IMG/VR virus record: IMGVR_UViG_3300025133_000023
DNA length: 64,000 nt
Direction: 5' to 3' (one strand)
DNA from: a virus
The notes under the pieces were generated by a model. That model saw only the letters and a program-made list of their open reading frames with translations. It was not told the DNA's origin and did not search any database. The translations under genes and the position numbers were made by a program. This document shows, piece by piece, positions 18,646 to 27,959 of the stretch (position 1 is the first letter of the stretch; each line of letters begins with the position of its first letter).

Positions 18646-21121
18646 TGAGGTCATGGGAAAGCTTAAGGGTAAGCTCTCCGAATACATGACACATCTCCTG
18701 GGCAGAGACCCAGGTAAGAGCAAATTCATTTGTCCACACCCAGACCACGACGACCACAACCCCAGTGCATGCCTGAATCATCATGAAGACTTTACCGAGG
18801 GGAAGTGCTTCACCTGTGGTGCTAACTTTGACATCTTTACTGTCGCTCACTGGAATGAAGGGCTCCCTGCAGAAGGACCAGAGTTCTTCGAGATAACCGT
18901 CAGAGAGCTTGCTGACCGCTTCGGAATTACTCTAGTAGAGGCAGAGCTGACGGACGCAGAAAAGAAGCTCTACGGAACCTACAGGGCTCTCAGGAGAGCC
19001 TCTGAATATGTAGCTAGCTTTGACCATGGAACATGGCCAGAAGCTACTCTAGAATATATTGAAGAACGAAACTGGACCAAGCAAGAACTCCATGACCAAG
19101 GCATTGGCGTAGGCGATAGAGAAGGTCTCATCAACTACATGAATGACTATGGCTATAGTCCTGAATACCTCCACCAGCTGGGGCTAGTTAGTATTGCTTC
19201 AGGTGATGGTGTTCCACAAGTTATTGACGATGGACGGCTTATCTTTACTCTACACAACCATGTAGGTAGGGTGGTAGCGTTTGCGTCTAGAGGATTTGGC
19301 GGAGTCGGTCCCAAGTACCTGAATTCATCAGCATCCATGAATCTCTACAACAAGTCAGAGCTTCTCTATGGATTGAACGTAGCCCGTAAGGTCAAGAGGA
19401 AGCCCCTCTACCTATTTGAAGGCTATGGTGATGTAGTCACCGCCCGTAAGGGTGGATTACAGAACTGTGCAGCGGTATGTGGCACAGCCCTTACTGTTGA
19501 TCAGGTCCTACAGGCTAAGCAGCTTGGGTTCCAGACAATCATCCTTGCATTTGATTTCGATGATGCAGGCAGAAAGGCTACCGACAGAGCTGTAGTTAAC
19601 ATTTGCGACGTCGTTCGTGACTTAAGCCTTAAGATCCTTCAGCCAACTACCGACTACAATGACCCAGATGAATACATCAGAGCTAATGATATCTCTAAGT
19701 TCATCCTTGAAGAAACTGAAAGTACATTCTCATGGACCCTTAGGCGTAAGAAAGAAGAAGGCCTGGGCAATGAAGAACTAGCTAACCTTATGGTAAGCGT
19801 GATTGCTGCAGAGCCTAACGCCATCTCTAGAGAGGTCCAGATTCGAGAGCTTTCAGACGTTACGTCTGTTCCGTTCCATGCTATTGAGATTGAAGTCTTG
19901 AAGAAGACCGATATCAAGCTAGATGAGCGGCGCTTACGACAGAACGCTGTAGTCAAGCGGCTAGCAATGGACATCGATAACGATCCCAACGCAGCCCTTA
20001 TGTCTACGCACGAGGCTCTTCTAGAGTTCGAGAAGATTAGTCAAGAAGTAGACGCAGACGCTGTCACTAACAAGTCCTTCATTACAATGATCGAGCTTCA
20101 GCAGAAGCAAGAGCAGGTAAGGCTTGAGGAAGGGGCTTCTATAGGTTTCAACCTGCCGCTTATGAAAGACTTCCAGACTATTCTGGATGGTGGTGACGAT
20201 TGGTCCTTCCAGAACCTATGGCTTTTGGGTGGACTAGAAAACACTGGCAAGTCCAGCTTCCTTAGCTGGATGGGTGCCAACATCATCAGTGATGACATGA
20301 ACGATGCTATGTGGATTTGTTTCACTATCGATGATACAGGTCAGCAGATTCTACCTAAGATTGTAACTTCGTTGGACTCAATCATCAATGGAGCTTATTT
20401 CCCATCAGATCCACTAACTATCGGTAATGTAAGAAACCCTAGAACCATCCAAACTCCAACACTTGCAAAAAGAAGAGCTGCAGCGTATGATGTACTGGAA
20501 GGCCTGGCAGCCGACGAGAGAATCATCCTTAAAGACGCCAAGGAGGGTAATACCCTGTCTTATCTTGAGAATGTCGTACGTCATTACAGACGAAGGTATC
20601 CTTCGAGAAGAATCTTCATTACAGTAGACAACACACACAACCTCGGTGACTTTGGTCACATGGATGATAGGTCAGAGCGCTACAAGCGTCTTGCTAACGT
20701 CGAAAAGGGTATTGTAAACAAGTATGACGCAATGATGCTTGCAACCGTTGAGTACAAAAAGGTTGGCCTCAGAGAGAATTCTGACATCCGTAAGATGATG
20801 CCCCAGAATGATGACATCGCTGAGACCAGAGCCCTCAAGTACTTGGCAAACTTCATTGGTCACCTTTACAACGATATTCATTCTCGCCCTAACATCTTTG
20901 ACACTTTCCATATAGACCCAAGAACCGGACAAAAGCTCCCTCGAATCATGATGAACGTAGGTAAGACTAAGTTCAATGACTACAAGGGTGCAGTCTCGTT
21001 TGACTTCTTTCCAGGGTCCTCTACGTTCTTGCCTGTGAGCAACACAGACGTTAAGCTACAAAGAGAAAGGTTTCTTAAGGATAGAGACGAAGGCGACGAG
21101 ATGAAGGACGAGAAATGGTAA
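18626..21121 (+). CDS. DnaG-type primase fused to a DnaB/SF4-like helicase
   Basis: Zn-finger CPHPDH..H...CFTC; PKYLNS; TOPRIM EGYGD, AFDFDDAG and DPDEY; C-terminal GGLENTGKS Walker A and ITVDNTH Walker B. Confidence 0.85.
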   Translation: MRIENIDEVMGKLKGKLSEYMTHLLGRDPGKSKFICPHPDHDDHNPSACLNHHEDFTEGKCFTCGANFDIFTVAHWNEGLPAEGPEFFEITVRELADRFGITLVEAELTDAEKKLYGTYRALRRASEYVASFDHGTWPEATLEYIEERNWTKQELHDQGIGVGDREGLINYMNDYGYSPEYLHQLGLVSIASGDGVPQVIDDGRLIFTLHNHVGRVVAFASRGFGGVGPKYLNSSASMNLYNKSELLYGLNVARKVKRKPLYLFEGYGDVVTARKGGLQNCAAVCGTALTVDQVLQAKQLGFQTIILAFDFDDAGRKATDRAVVNICDVVRDLSLKILQPTTDYNDPDEYIRANDISKFILEETESTFSWTLRRKKEEGLGNEELANLMVSVIAAEPNAISREVQIRELSDVTSVPFHAIEIEVLKKTDIKLDERRLRQNAVVKRLAMDIDNDPNAALMSTHEALLEFEKISQEVDADAVTNKSFITMIELQQKQEQVRLEEGASIGFNLPLMKDFQTILDGGDDWSFQNLWLLGGLENTGKSSFLSWMGANIISDDMNDAMWICFTIDDTGQQILPKIVTSLDSIINGAYFPSDPLTIGNVRNPRTIQTPTLAKRRAAAYDVLEGLAADERIILKDAKEGNTLSYLENVVRHYRRRYPSRRIFITVDNTHNLGDFGHMDDRSERYKRLANVEKGIVNKYDAMMLATVEYKKVGLRENSDIRKMMPQNDDIAETRALKYLANFIGHLYNDIHSRPNIFDTFHIDPRTGQKLPRIMMNVGKTKFNDYKGAVSFDFFPGSSTFLPVSNTDVKLQRERFLKDRDEGDEMKDEKW

Positions 21122-22131
21122 CGAAAGCTAAAGGTTTGCTTCGTAAGCCCGCATTCTGGCTTACTGTGGCCCTAATCATTTTCCTATCAGCTAATGCTGT
21201 ACAGGCATTTGTTCACTACAACAAAGCTAGGTTGTTTAAAGATCAAATAACAGAGCTTACAGATTCAAGCCTTAACCTTTCCGAAAACCTTGCCCGAAGC
21301 AAGGCCGTACACGTAACCGTAGTAGACCTAAAGGATGCTATCGATGACCTCATTGAAGATAACCAAGCGCTTCGAGCAGATCTTGCTGAGCTTAAGGCAA
21401 AGCCGACGTCAGTCACATATGTCCTCGGCTCCACAGGTGAAGAAACTACCGAGACTTTCAGGCCTAACCCTGGTGACACAACCTCATCCGACCTACTTGC
21501 CTGGGTGCCGGATATATATGAGTACCGTACTCCTAACGGACTACCTGTTGCACGGCACGAGCTGGACAGAGAACGGCAAACGTTCGATGCTACAACGGCT
21601 GAGCTTCAATTTGAATCTACAACAGTTCTTTCAGCGAGAGAAGATGATAGTCAAGTCGCGCATACTCAGGTCCGTGTTGTCTCTTCACTCGACCCCGAAA
21701 ATATGGTCACATTAGATACAATCGAAAGCGAGACTAAATTTGTCGATACTCTTAAGCGCAGCATGCGAGTCGCACCTCACCTTAATCTTGGGGCTTCAGT
21801 CGGGGGAAACTTCGCCGCACCGCCTGGGCTTACAGTGGGAGTCCAAGCAGGGGTTAGCCCTTTTGCTTATGGCAGAACTGATAGAGATAACACACTCAGG
21901 TTCGTTAACATCCGTGGCGAAGTGGGCAGTCAAGTTGGCGTGGGCGATGGACAGAGTAGGCCCTACATCGGAGTCGGCATTGATCCAGTCCTTGTTAACA
22001 TTGGGGAATTCCTCCCACTACTTGATGACCTGTGGCTTGGGATTGGCCCAACCGTTGACATCATCCCTGGAACTGAAGGTGTACCCACCATCGGAGCCGG
22101 ACTCAGCTTCGGAATTACTTCCACCATTTGA
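21115..22131 (+). CDS. Membrane-anchored coiled-coil protein with a beta-rich C-terminus
   Basis: N-terminal hydrophobic FWLTVALIIFLSANAVQAF, then heptad region LKDAIDDLIEDNQALRADLAELK, then alternating G/hydrophobic strands. Confidence 0.65.
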   Translation: MVTKAKGLLRKPAFWLTVALIIFLSANAVQAFVHYNKARLFKDQITELTDSSLNLSENLARSKAVHVTVVDLKDAIDDLIEDNQALRADLAELKAKPTSVTYVLGSTGEETTETFRPNPGDTTSSDLLAWVPDIYEYRTPNGLPVARHELDRERQTFDATTAELQFESTTVLSAREDDSQVAHTQVRVVSSLDPENMVTLDTIESETKFVDTLKRSMRVAPHLNLGASVGGNFAAPPGLTVGVQAGVSPFAYGRTDRDNTLRFVNIRGEVGSQVGVGDGQSRPYIGVGIDPVLVNIGEFLPLLDDLWLGIGPTVDIIPGTEGVPTIGAGLSFGITSTI

Positions 22132-22220
22132 GATTAACTTCTTCAGAGGGTTTTATCATTGGGGGAAGGCCTCACCATGGGAGTTTCGTTACGCTAGAAA
22201 GATCGTAAAAGGAAAATAAC

Positions 22221-22730
22221 ATGAGCACTATCACAAGAATCGGAGAAGGAAGAGGCTACTCTCAAAGAGAGGCCCTTCTTGACTGGCTAACCAATGATGA
22301 AACCCTACGGGCTGAAGGCATTTCCTTTGGACAAGAGGCTCTCGTCACAACTGAGCCTATTACTGTAGAGGAGCTTGTCTCTCCCCGTAGAGCTAAGCGT
22401 ATTCACACGGATACTTTCCCTCAAAAGGGACAGCGTAAGTTTGTCACCTCCTATTACGTATGGGACAATGTGGTTGAGAGCAAAGTTGAGTTCAATCTCG
22501 ATTGTAATCTCCACCTCAACATAGCCACAGACAAAGTCAATACTGGTGTCTACTTTAGGCGTCAAATGGATGCTATTGCAGCGGCCAAAGAGCTGTCTAA
22601 GCACACTCACCAATCTTATGAAATCATCATTGCTAAGGTCCTTGTTAGCGGTAACTCAACCGTTGCTAAGATAACCCCAGGCAAGTCACGACCAGGAACA
22701 TACAAGTTCACAGGTCAATTCAAATACTAG
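22221..22730 (+). CDS. Hypothetical protein
   Basis: 169-aa ORF with AAGGA upstream. Confidence 0.7.
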   Translation: MSTITRIGEGRGYSQREALLDWLTNDETLRAEGISFGQEALVTTEPITVEELVSPRRAKRIHTDTFPQKGQRKFVTSYYVWDNVVESKVEFNLDCNLHLNIATDKVNTGVYFRRQMDAIAAAKELSKHTHQSYEIIIAKVLVSGNSTVAKITPGKSRPGTYKFTGQFKY

Positions 22731-22741
22731 GAACCATATCA

Positions 22742-23011
22742 ATGGGACGCAGAATCGTTAAACCACTACAAGGCTTACCTAAAGTAGACCCCCGACGTGG
22801 AGGTAAAGATATTACCAATAGGCTTGAGGCAGAGAAGCTTTTCTTCAAGGAAGGAAGCAAGGAGGCTCGCCTTGTTGTCAAGGCAATTCCAGTGTTAAGG
22901 CTACTTCAGCGCACTGAAACTATGCTGAAGTCCCTTGCGGGAGCTACTGCTGAGGAAAGACAATTAATCGATGAGCTCGGCAAGATGCTGGACTATATCG
23001 AATTCGGATAG
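22742..23011 (+). CDS. Hypothetical protein
   Basis: 89-aa ORF. Confidence 0.65.
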   Translation: MGRRIVKPLQGLPKVDPRRGGKDITNRLEAEKLFFKEGSKEARLVVKAIPVLRLLQRTETMLKSLAGATAEERQLIDELGKMLDYIEFG

Positions 23012-23014
23012 CCT

Positions 23015-23194
23015 ATGATCTACGAGTACAAATGTAAAGACATCACCTGCGGGACAATCTTTGAGCTTATTCGTAAGCTATCAGAGAAGGACGAACCTGC
23101 AGAGTGTCCTACTTGTGGGAAAGATGATTGTCGAAAACTTCTGTCTATCTTTGGGAAGCATTTAAGCTGGTCACAATGGCGAGCATTGGACTAG
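23015..23194 (+). CDS. FmdB-family zinc-ribbon protein (59 aa, absent from the ORF track)
   Basis: Translated by hand: MIYEYKCKDITCGTIFELIRKLSEKDEPAECPTCGKDDCRKLLS... Confidence 0.8.
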   Translation: MIYEYKCKDITCGTIFELIRKLSEKDEPAECPTCGKDDCRKLLSIFGKHLSWSQWRALD

Positions 23195-23261
23195 AGTACG
23201 GCTTCATACAGGGATTCGTTGGAGGATACAAGGGGACGGGCATTACCATTGGACTAGACAT

Positions 23262-23969
23262 ATGTTGGTATCAGAAACCGACCTCGCCCTCTTCAGGGAA
23301 TGCCCTGCAGGGTATGAAAAATATAAAATGGGTAAGCCTAATAGACAATTGGGGAGCTTTTCGGCGGGCATTATCCTTGAAACTCCAGTCCAAGCAGTCA
23401 CAAGATGGCTCTGGGCTAGCCAACTGCGCACTGGTTTCCAGTCAACCCTGCGCGCTACTAAGCATAAGTGGGGACAACTAGTTACACAATGGGGTACAGA
23501 GTGTGGACTAGCACACCGTCAAACGAGAGATTACCTGACATTACACATGTCCGCTCTCATTGCCTATCACCACTTCTACCTCACATCAGGATGTGTACCA
23601 CTGTCAGTGGGGAATCCTACTCGGGTGAAGGTGGGAAGGCACACACTCATAACTCTACCCCAAGCAGTAGTCGCCTCAGGCGACACACCCTTATTGCTTA
23701 ACACTAGCTGTGATTCTTCTAACAGGGATACCTCGAATAACTTCGTCTACAGGGCACGGTTGCACGCTGTGGTTCATTTATCAAAACGACCTATGGCAAT
23801 GCTCAGCCATAGATTTGCAGGAAGACTGGAGTCTGCAGGATTTCGACACAGCCATATGTGTAGTGAGGGGTTTCTTAACAACCTTGAGCTTACATTGGAC
23901 TTAATGGAAGCAGGTTTCAATGCACCTTCTGTTATATGTAAAAGTAAGTGCCCCTGTAAGGAGAGCTAA
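23262..23969 (+). CDS. Hypothetical protein, possibly a degenerate PD-(D/E)XK/Cas4-like fold
   Basis: N-terminal SETDLALFRECPAGY and C-terminal CKSKCPC; no clear D..ExK. Confidence 0.45.
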   Translation: MLVSETDLALFRECPAGYEKYKMGKPNRQLGSFSAGIILETPVQAVTRWLWASQLRTGFQSTLRATKHKWGQLVTQWGTECGLAHRQTRDYLTLHMSALIAYHHFYLTSGCVPLSVGNPTRVKVGRHTLITLPQAVVASGDTPLLLNTSCDSSNRDTSNNFVYRARLHAVVHLSKRPMAMLSHRFAGRLESAGFRHSHMCSEGFLNNLELTLDLMEAGFNAPSVICKSKCPCKES

Positions 23970-24184
23970 TGAAATACCTAGGTGAAGCAGTGGTAACTGT
24001 AGCACTAGCAACAATCACCGGTGTCGTGACATGGATCAAGACACAACAGTACCAAAAACGGAGAGAAGAATACTATGCCAATAGAACAAATGATCAGCAT
24101 TTGCGAATGCAAGAAGTGCAAGAGCACCCTGTTCGAATCAGTCGAGGCGGCTATTATCCAGCAGAACGAGAACGGGACGTATAA
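23969..24184 (+). CDS. Small membrane protein (putative)
   Basis: AAGGAG SD; N-terminal hydrophobic helix followed by a basic tail. Confidence 0.5.
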   Translation: MKYLGEAVVTVALATITGVVTWIKTQQYQKRREEYYANRTNDQHLRMQEVQEHPVRISRGGYYPAERERDV

Positions 24185-24434
24185 CTCTGTTATTACCACC
24201 CTTGTCTATAGGTGTTTGGACTGTGGCATGATGCTTAAGCCTAAGCGTATCATTGGTCAAGGCCAGGTAAGCTCTATCAAGCGTACAATCCATGGACTTC
24301 TGCCCGAAGACGCTACCGATGAGCCAGGCTCTAAGCGTGTTGATTTGGGTGTGCTGACTGGGACGAGGAAGAAGCCTCTAAGAGTCCCTGGAGGCCTCAC
24401 AGGAGCTAACATGGGCTTCCCCAGCGCCAAGTAA
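24075..24434 (+). CDS. Zinc-ribbon hypothetical protein
   Basis: CKKC...CLDC; GGAG upstream; TAATG coupling to the next gene. Confidence 0.6.
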   Translation: MPIEQMISICECKKCKSTLFESVEAAIIQQNENGTYNSVITTLVYRCLDCGMMLKPKRIIGQGQVSSIKRTIHGLLPEDATDEPGSKRVDLGVLTGTRKKPLRVPGGLTGANMGFPSAK

Positions 24435-24679
24435 TGATCTTAGTCTCACAGTCACCCCTAGCGAATAAGGCAAACCTAGTCTCCCACAAGTGGGAACGCT
24501 ACATAGGGGGTAAAATAGCGCTTTGTATTGGGACAAATCCTTTGGGGATTCTCTTTAATGAGCCCTTCACTAGTCAGGATATGATTGACAGTTTCGTCAA
24601 GATGTCCAAGGTAAAGCTAAGGCCTCAAGCCACCATTATCCACCCTAAACAGTGGAAACTCTTCACCAGTGGCCTCTAA
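24434..24679 (+). CDS. Hypothetical protein
   Basis: 81-aa ORF coupled to the upstream stop. Confidence 0.55.
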   Translation: MILVSQSPLANKANLVSHKWERYIGGKIALCIGTNPLGILFNEPFTSQDMIDSFVKMSKVKLRPQATIIHPKQWKLFTSGL

Positions 24680-25256
24680 AAGACACAAGAAAGTAGGGGA
24701 ACTCCTCGATTCTATACCCCTTACTGCCAACATGCAGAAGAAGGAAGAGGTAAGCGTTAAAGAGCTAGTCCCCAGCTTTCCAGGCGGTAGAAAGAAGATT
24801 GATTGGTATGTTAAAGAGTTAAAGTTAGTAATTGAAGTTCATGGTCGACAACATTATGAACCCGTAGCATTCGGTAATAGAGGAGACGCCAAGTTTCAAT
24901 ATGGGAAGCAAGTAAGACATGATATTGATAAGCAAAACGCCCTCCTCGGAGCAGGGTATCTTTACCTCGAAATACCGTACTGGATTAAACTCACCAAAGA
25001 TTGGTTCCTTCAGGCGATCACAGAGCTGGAACACGAATCACGTACCAAGCCTGATGTTGGGCCTACAGCTAAGCCTGTTCGACAACCTAGAGTTGGTAAT
25101 AAACTCCTATCTAGGGGGTTTGAACCTCCCTCAAAGCACAATCTTCTGTCAGGAAATCGTCTCAGATCTAGAGGTTTTCCGAAGAAAGATACTCCTAAAG
25201 ACACCTGGAAGCAGGATTTAGAAAAAATAAAGGATACGCATGATCTCAATGACTGA
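24669..25256 (+). CDS. Vsr/DUF559-like endonuclease
   Basis: IDWY...LVIEVHGRQHY...DIDKQ...GYLYLEIPYW; low-complexity C-tail containing SRGF twice. Confidence 0.7.
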   Translation: MASKRHKKVGELLDSIPLTANMQKKEEVSVKELVPSFPGGRKKIDWYVKELKLVIEVHGRQHYEPVAFGNRGDAKFQYGKQVRHDIDKQNALLGAGYLYLEIPYWIKLTKDWFLQAITELEHESRTKPDVGPTAKPVRQPRVGNKLLSRGFEPPSKHNLLSGNRLRSRGFPKKDTPKDTWKQDLEKIKDTHDLND

Positions 25257-25899
25257 TGCGGAAGCGACAGAAACACTTCCAGAAGAAATGGACATCATGT
25301 CCTTTGAAGCTGGTGGGTTACCACCAGAACTACTCAAGGCTCTCAGTGAGAGCGGAAAAGATAATAGAATCATTGGCCTATTTGGCGATATTGGACCAGA
25401 GATCTCATCTGCTGTGTTAAGTGCACTTGTTTCACTACAGATGGAGAGTCCTGACGAAGAAATAACTATCTTCATTAATTCAGGTGGCGGTAATGTTACC
25501 GACGCTCTTGCTATATGGGATGCAATTGAAGCCTGTACTTGCCCTATCGTCATGGTTGGCGTTGGAAGAGTCATGAGCGCAGCTGCTTTCCTTATGTATG
25601 CAGGAGATAAGGGACGGCGCTACCTTTCCCCCAACACACTGGTTATGGCTCACCAAGTAAGTTATGGAGCTATGGGAACATACTCTGAAATGAAGGTTCA
25701 GCACCGTGCAGCAAGCATGCTCAAGGAAAGAATGATTGACCTCATGGCAAAGAGAGCTAACCTTAAGGGTTCTATTGTCTCTCGTAGGAAGAAGCTCGCA
25801 AAGGTTTGGGAAGATGCACATGACCAGTATTTCTGGCCCGAAGAGGGCATCGAGGCACTAGGCCTAGCAGATAATATCGGCCTGCCTCACTCGGAATAA
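25240..25899 (+). CDS. clpP: ClpP-like serine protease subunit
   Basis: IFINSGGG, AIWDAI, VMSAAA (Ser), MAHQ (His) and HDQYF (Asp). Confidence 0.88.
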   Translation: MISMTDAEATETLPEEMDIMSFEAGGLPPELLKALSESGKDNRIIGLFGDIGPEISSAVLSALVSLQMESPDEEITIFINSGGGNVTDALAIWDAIEACTCPIVMVGVGRVMSAAAFLMYAGDKGRRYLSPNTLVMAHQVSYGAMGTYSEMKVQHRAASMLKERMIDLMAKRANLKGSIVSRRKKLAKVWEDAHDQYFWPEEGIEALGLADNIGLPHSE

Positions 25900-25902
25900 C
25901 AC

Positions 25903-26103
25903 ATGCACCTTAAGTCATACGTTGAAACAAGCCATGTCTGGGACGAGGACACTCAGAAGTTTGTCCCCGTCCCCACTGAAACCTACTATATCGATGGACA
26001 AGAAGTAACTCGTGATACCTACATGGAGAAAATCGCAGAGTGGGAGAGCACGCTTCTTCTAACCGATCCAATTGAGGATAATGAGCAATCCAAAGCAGAT
26101 TAA
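25903..26103 (+). CDS. Hypothetical protein
   Basis: 66-aa ORF 3 nt after clpP. Confidence 0.55.
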   Translation: MHLKSYVETSHVWDEDTQKFVPVPTETYYIDGQEVTRDTYMEKIAEWESTLLLTDPIEDNEQSKAD

Positions 26104-26632
26104 GGTAGTCCACTACGGTGAGCCAATTACCAAAAGTAATGCTCACCACTATAAGTGGAACCATAGAAAGAAGAAGATGGATGTTTTCATCGACACCCCT
26201 AAGGTGGAGTATGAGAATGCCCTTCGGGAGACCGCTATCAAAACGGTAGAGGCCTTGGGACTGACGGAGCCAATAGCTGGACCAGTTATCATCTCTATCC
26301 GATACTTTCTAGGGTCACGACGTGCGAAAGACCTGACGAACCTTCCGAAAACAACCTGTGATGCCCTAAATGGAGTGGTCTACGATGATGACTCGATGAT
26401 CGTCAAGGCTACCCTCGCCAAATATTATGATAAAAACAATCCGCGAGTCGAGATCGTAGTCACTCCAGCTAAGGACCTTAAAACACATGAATGGCCTATC
26501 GCAGAACGTTTCCTTGGTGAGAACCCAGATCGTGCAAAGTCTCGAAGAGCAACTGAAGTTAATTCTGCCCCCAAACCAGCCTATAAGCCCAAGCGTAAGC
26601 GAACTTATAAGCGAAAGCTTAAGAAACGTTAA
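26081..26632 (+). CDS. rusA: RusA-family Holliday junction resolvase
   Basis: KDLTNLPKTTCDALNGVVYDDDSMIV and PRVEI; GAGGA upstream of ATG 26081. Confidence 0.85.
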   Translation: MSNPKQIKVVHYGEPITKSNAHHYKWNHRKKKMDVFIDTPKVEYENALRETAIKTVEALGLTEPIAGPVIISIRYFLGSRRAKDLTNLPKTTCDALNGVVYDDDSMIVKATLAKYYDKNNPRVEIVVTPAKDLKTHEWPIAERFLGENPDRAKSRRATEVNSAPKPAYKPKRKRTYKRKLKKR

Positions 26633-27023
26633 TACAGAGTCAGTTGAAGATGACTTCCAGATTATTGTAACTAAAATCTGGGAGCTGTTGTCTCTGTATC
26701 GAGGAAACCGAAGCCAAGCATATGAATACATTTGCAGGCATCTTTCTACCTTCATTTCCACATTTTCTAATTCTAGCGATCCTTGTCTCTGTGTTTATTC
26801 TCCTAGCGAGAGTAAAAAGCAATTGACACCACCTCCAATGGAGGCTATTATAGACCTATGGTACATGCATCCGTGGGATCAGTATCTTTTGTGGCAATAC
26901 AACGTCGAAGAACGCAGTGTCCGAGACATTCAAAAACTAACTAGTGTTAGTAAAACACTAATAGCTAGAGATTTAAGGAATATACATGGCTATTCTGAGA
27001 AAAAACATTTCCAAGGGCTATGA
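26487..27023 (+). CDS. Sigma-factor-like / HTH protein (putative); start uncertain
   Basis: Region-2-like DDFQIIVTKIWELLSLY and region-4-like YNVEERSVRDIQKLTSVSKTLIARDL. Confidence 0.45.
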   Translation: MNGLSQNVSLVRTQIVQSLEEQLKLILPPNQPISPSVSELISESLRNVNTESVEDDFQIIVTKIWELLSLYRGNRSQAYEYICRHLSTFISTFSNSSDPCLCVYSPSESKKQLTPPPMEAIIDLWYMHPWDQYLLWQYNVEERSVRDIQKLTSVSKTLIARDLRNIHGYSEKKHFQGL

Positions 27024-27450
27024 GCCCCAGACCCAGGCAGACATTGTCGCCCAAAAGTTCCCACGAGAGGACACTAGAATCGCTACCTTTAAGGCAGAGC
27101 ACAACACAGATATGGGCATTGGCAGTTTGCCAGCCCTGAGTGGTGATTTTAACGACGAAGACCAGTTCACGGCATTCACTATTAACACGATGAGAATGAG
27201 ACGGTGCTATGAATGGCAGTATACGGCCTGTGACCCTGGTAAGGAGCTTCAGTGGCGATCTGTTTTGAATGCACGCTCAGCTTCACGACTCGACCTACAG
27301 GCACAGGCAGAAAAAGCAGCCGACGTTATCTTCTCCCAGGAAAATTGTTTGGGTATTAGAATTAGTGTCGAGAATGGAATTGAAGCAGCCTTCAGTAATG
27401 AAGTGCCAGCAGAGGACCCAACCCTGGTCCTCACATACCGTAGAATCTAA
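26986..27450 (+). CDS. Hypothetical protein
   Basis: 154-aa ORF with AAGGA upstream, followed by a terminator. Confidence 0.7.
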   Translation: MAILRKNISKGYEPQTQADIVAQKFPREDTRIATFKAEHNTDMGIGSLPALSGDFNDEDQFTAFTINTMRMRRCYEWQYTACDPGKELQWRSVLNARSASRLDLQAQAEKAADVIFSQENCLGIRISVENGIEAAFSNEVPAEDPTLVLTYRRI

Positions 27451-27478
27451 TCCCCCTTAGACATCTACTACTCCCTGG

Positions 27479-27511
27479 AAGGTCATCTCGGCATAGCTGA
27501 GGTGGCCTTTT
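27479..27511 (+). terminator. Intrinsic terminator
   Basis: aaggtcatctcgg / catag / ctgaggtggcctt forms a 13-bp stem (three G-U pairs) running into tttt. Confidence 0.75.
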
Positions 27512-27533
27512 CTAGTTTCCTTTAGGGGTTCTT

Positions 27534-27752
27534 ATGATAATGCTGAGCAACAAGACAGAATTTAGACCAGTAGTAGCGTTAGTCTGGGAGATGGGTGTGC
27601 AGCACGGTGCTGAAAACCCTGTCTCAGCAGCTATGTGGGTCATACCTACCAAGCTCGAATGCTCCTACCATTCATGGATGCCTAGCCCTCCTGAGAAGGT
27701 TCATCTATGCTGGGGAAATAAGGATCTTCACGAGGGAATGTGCTCTTTATAA
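27534..27752 (+). CDS. Small ORF array member A
   Basis: 72 aa, begins MIMLSN; AGGGG upstream. Confidence 0.5.
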   Translation: MIMLSNKTEFRPVVALVWEMGVQHGAENPVSAAMWVIPTKLECSYHSWMPSPPEKVHLCWGNKDLHEGMCSL

Positions 27753-27934
27753 GCCACAATCCTACCTACAGGATAATACCCCTAGAGGAGTGGAGTCGGT
27801 GGAGCTTCAAGGCTATGGGACTCGAACGCTACCTCTACTTTTACGACACTATCTACAAACGCCATCCTCTTATCTCTCATCTTTACCTTACATTGAGAGC
27901 CCGTGCTGGTTACGATCTTCTAGGTCGCTGGTAG
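27740..27934 (+). CDS. Small ORF array member B
   Basis: 64 aa, GTG start, begins (M)LFISH; contains WSRWSF. Confidence 0.5.
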   Translation: MLFISHNPTYRIIPLEEWSRWSFKAMGLERYLYFYDTIYKRHPLISHLYLTLRARAGYDLLGRW

Positions 27935-27959
27935 AGTCTGATACACTATAAGGACATGT

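Noticed and set aside
18618-18650. gagccgtatgcg resembles the 5' arm of group II intron domain V
   Set aside because: The complementary arm (gcacgtacggttc-like) is absent; the sequence is simply the SD and ATG of the primase-helicase gene, and no RT or maturase is nearby.
23184-23258. 12-bp direct repeat cattggactaga, 63 nt apart
   Set aside because: Only two copies and no associated element; a match of this length at short range is plausible by chance in 64 kb.
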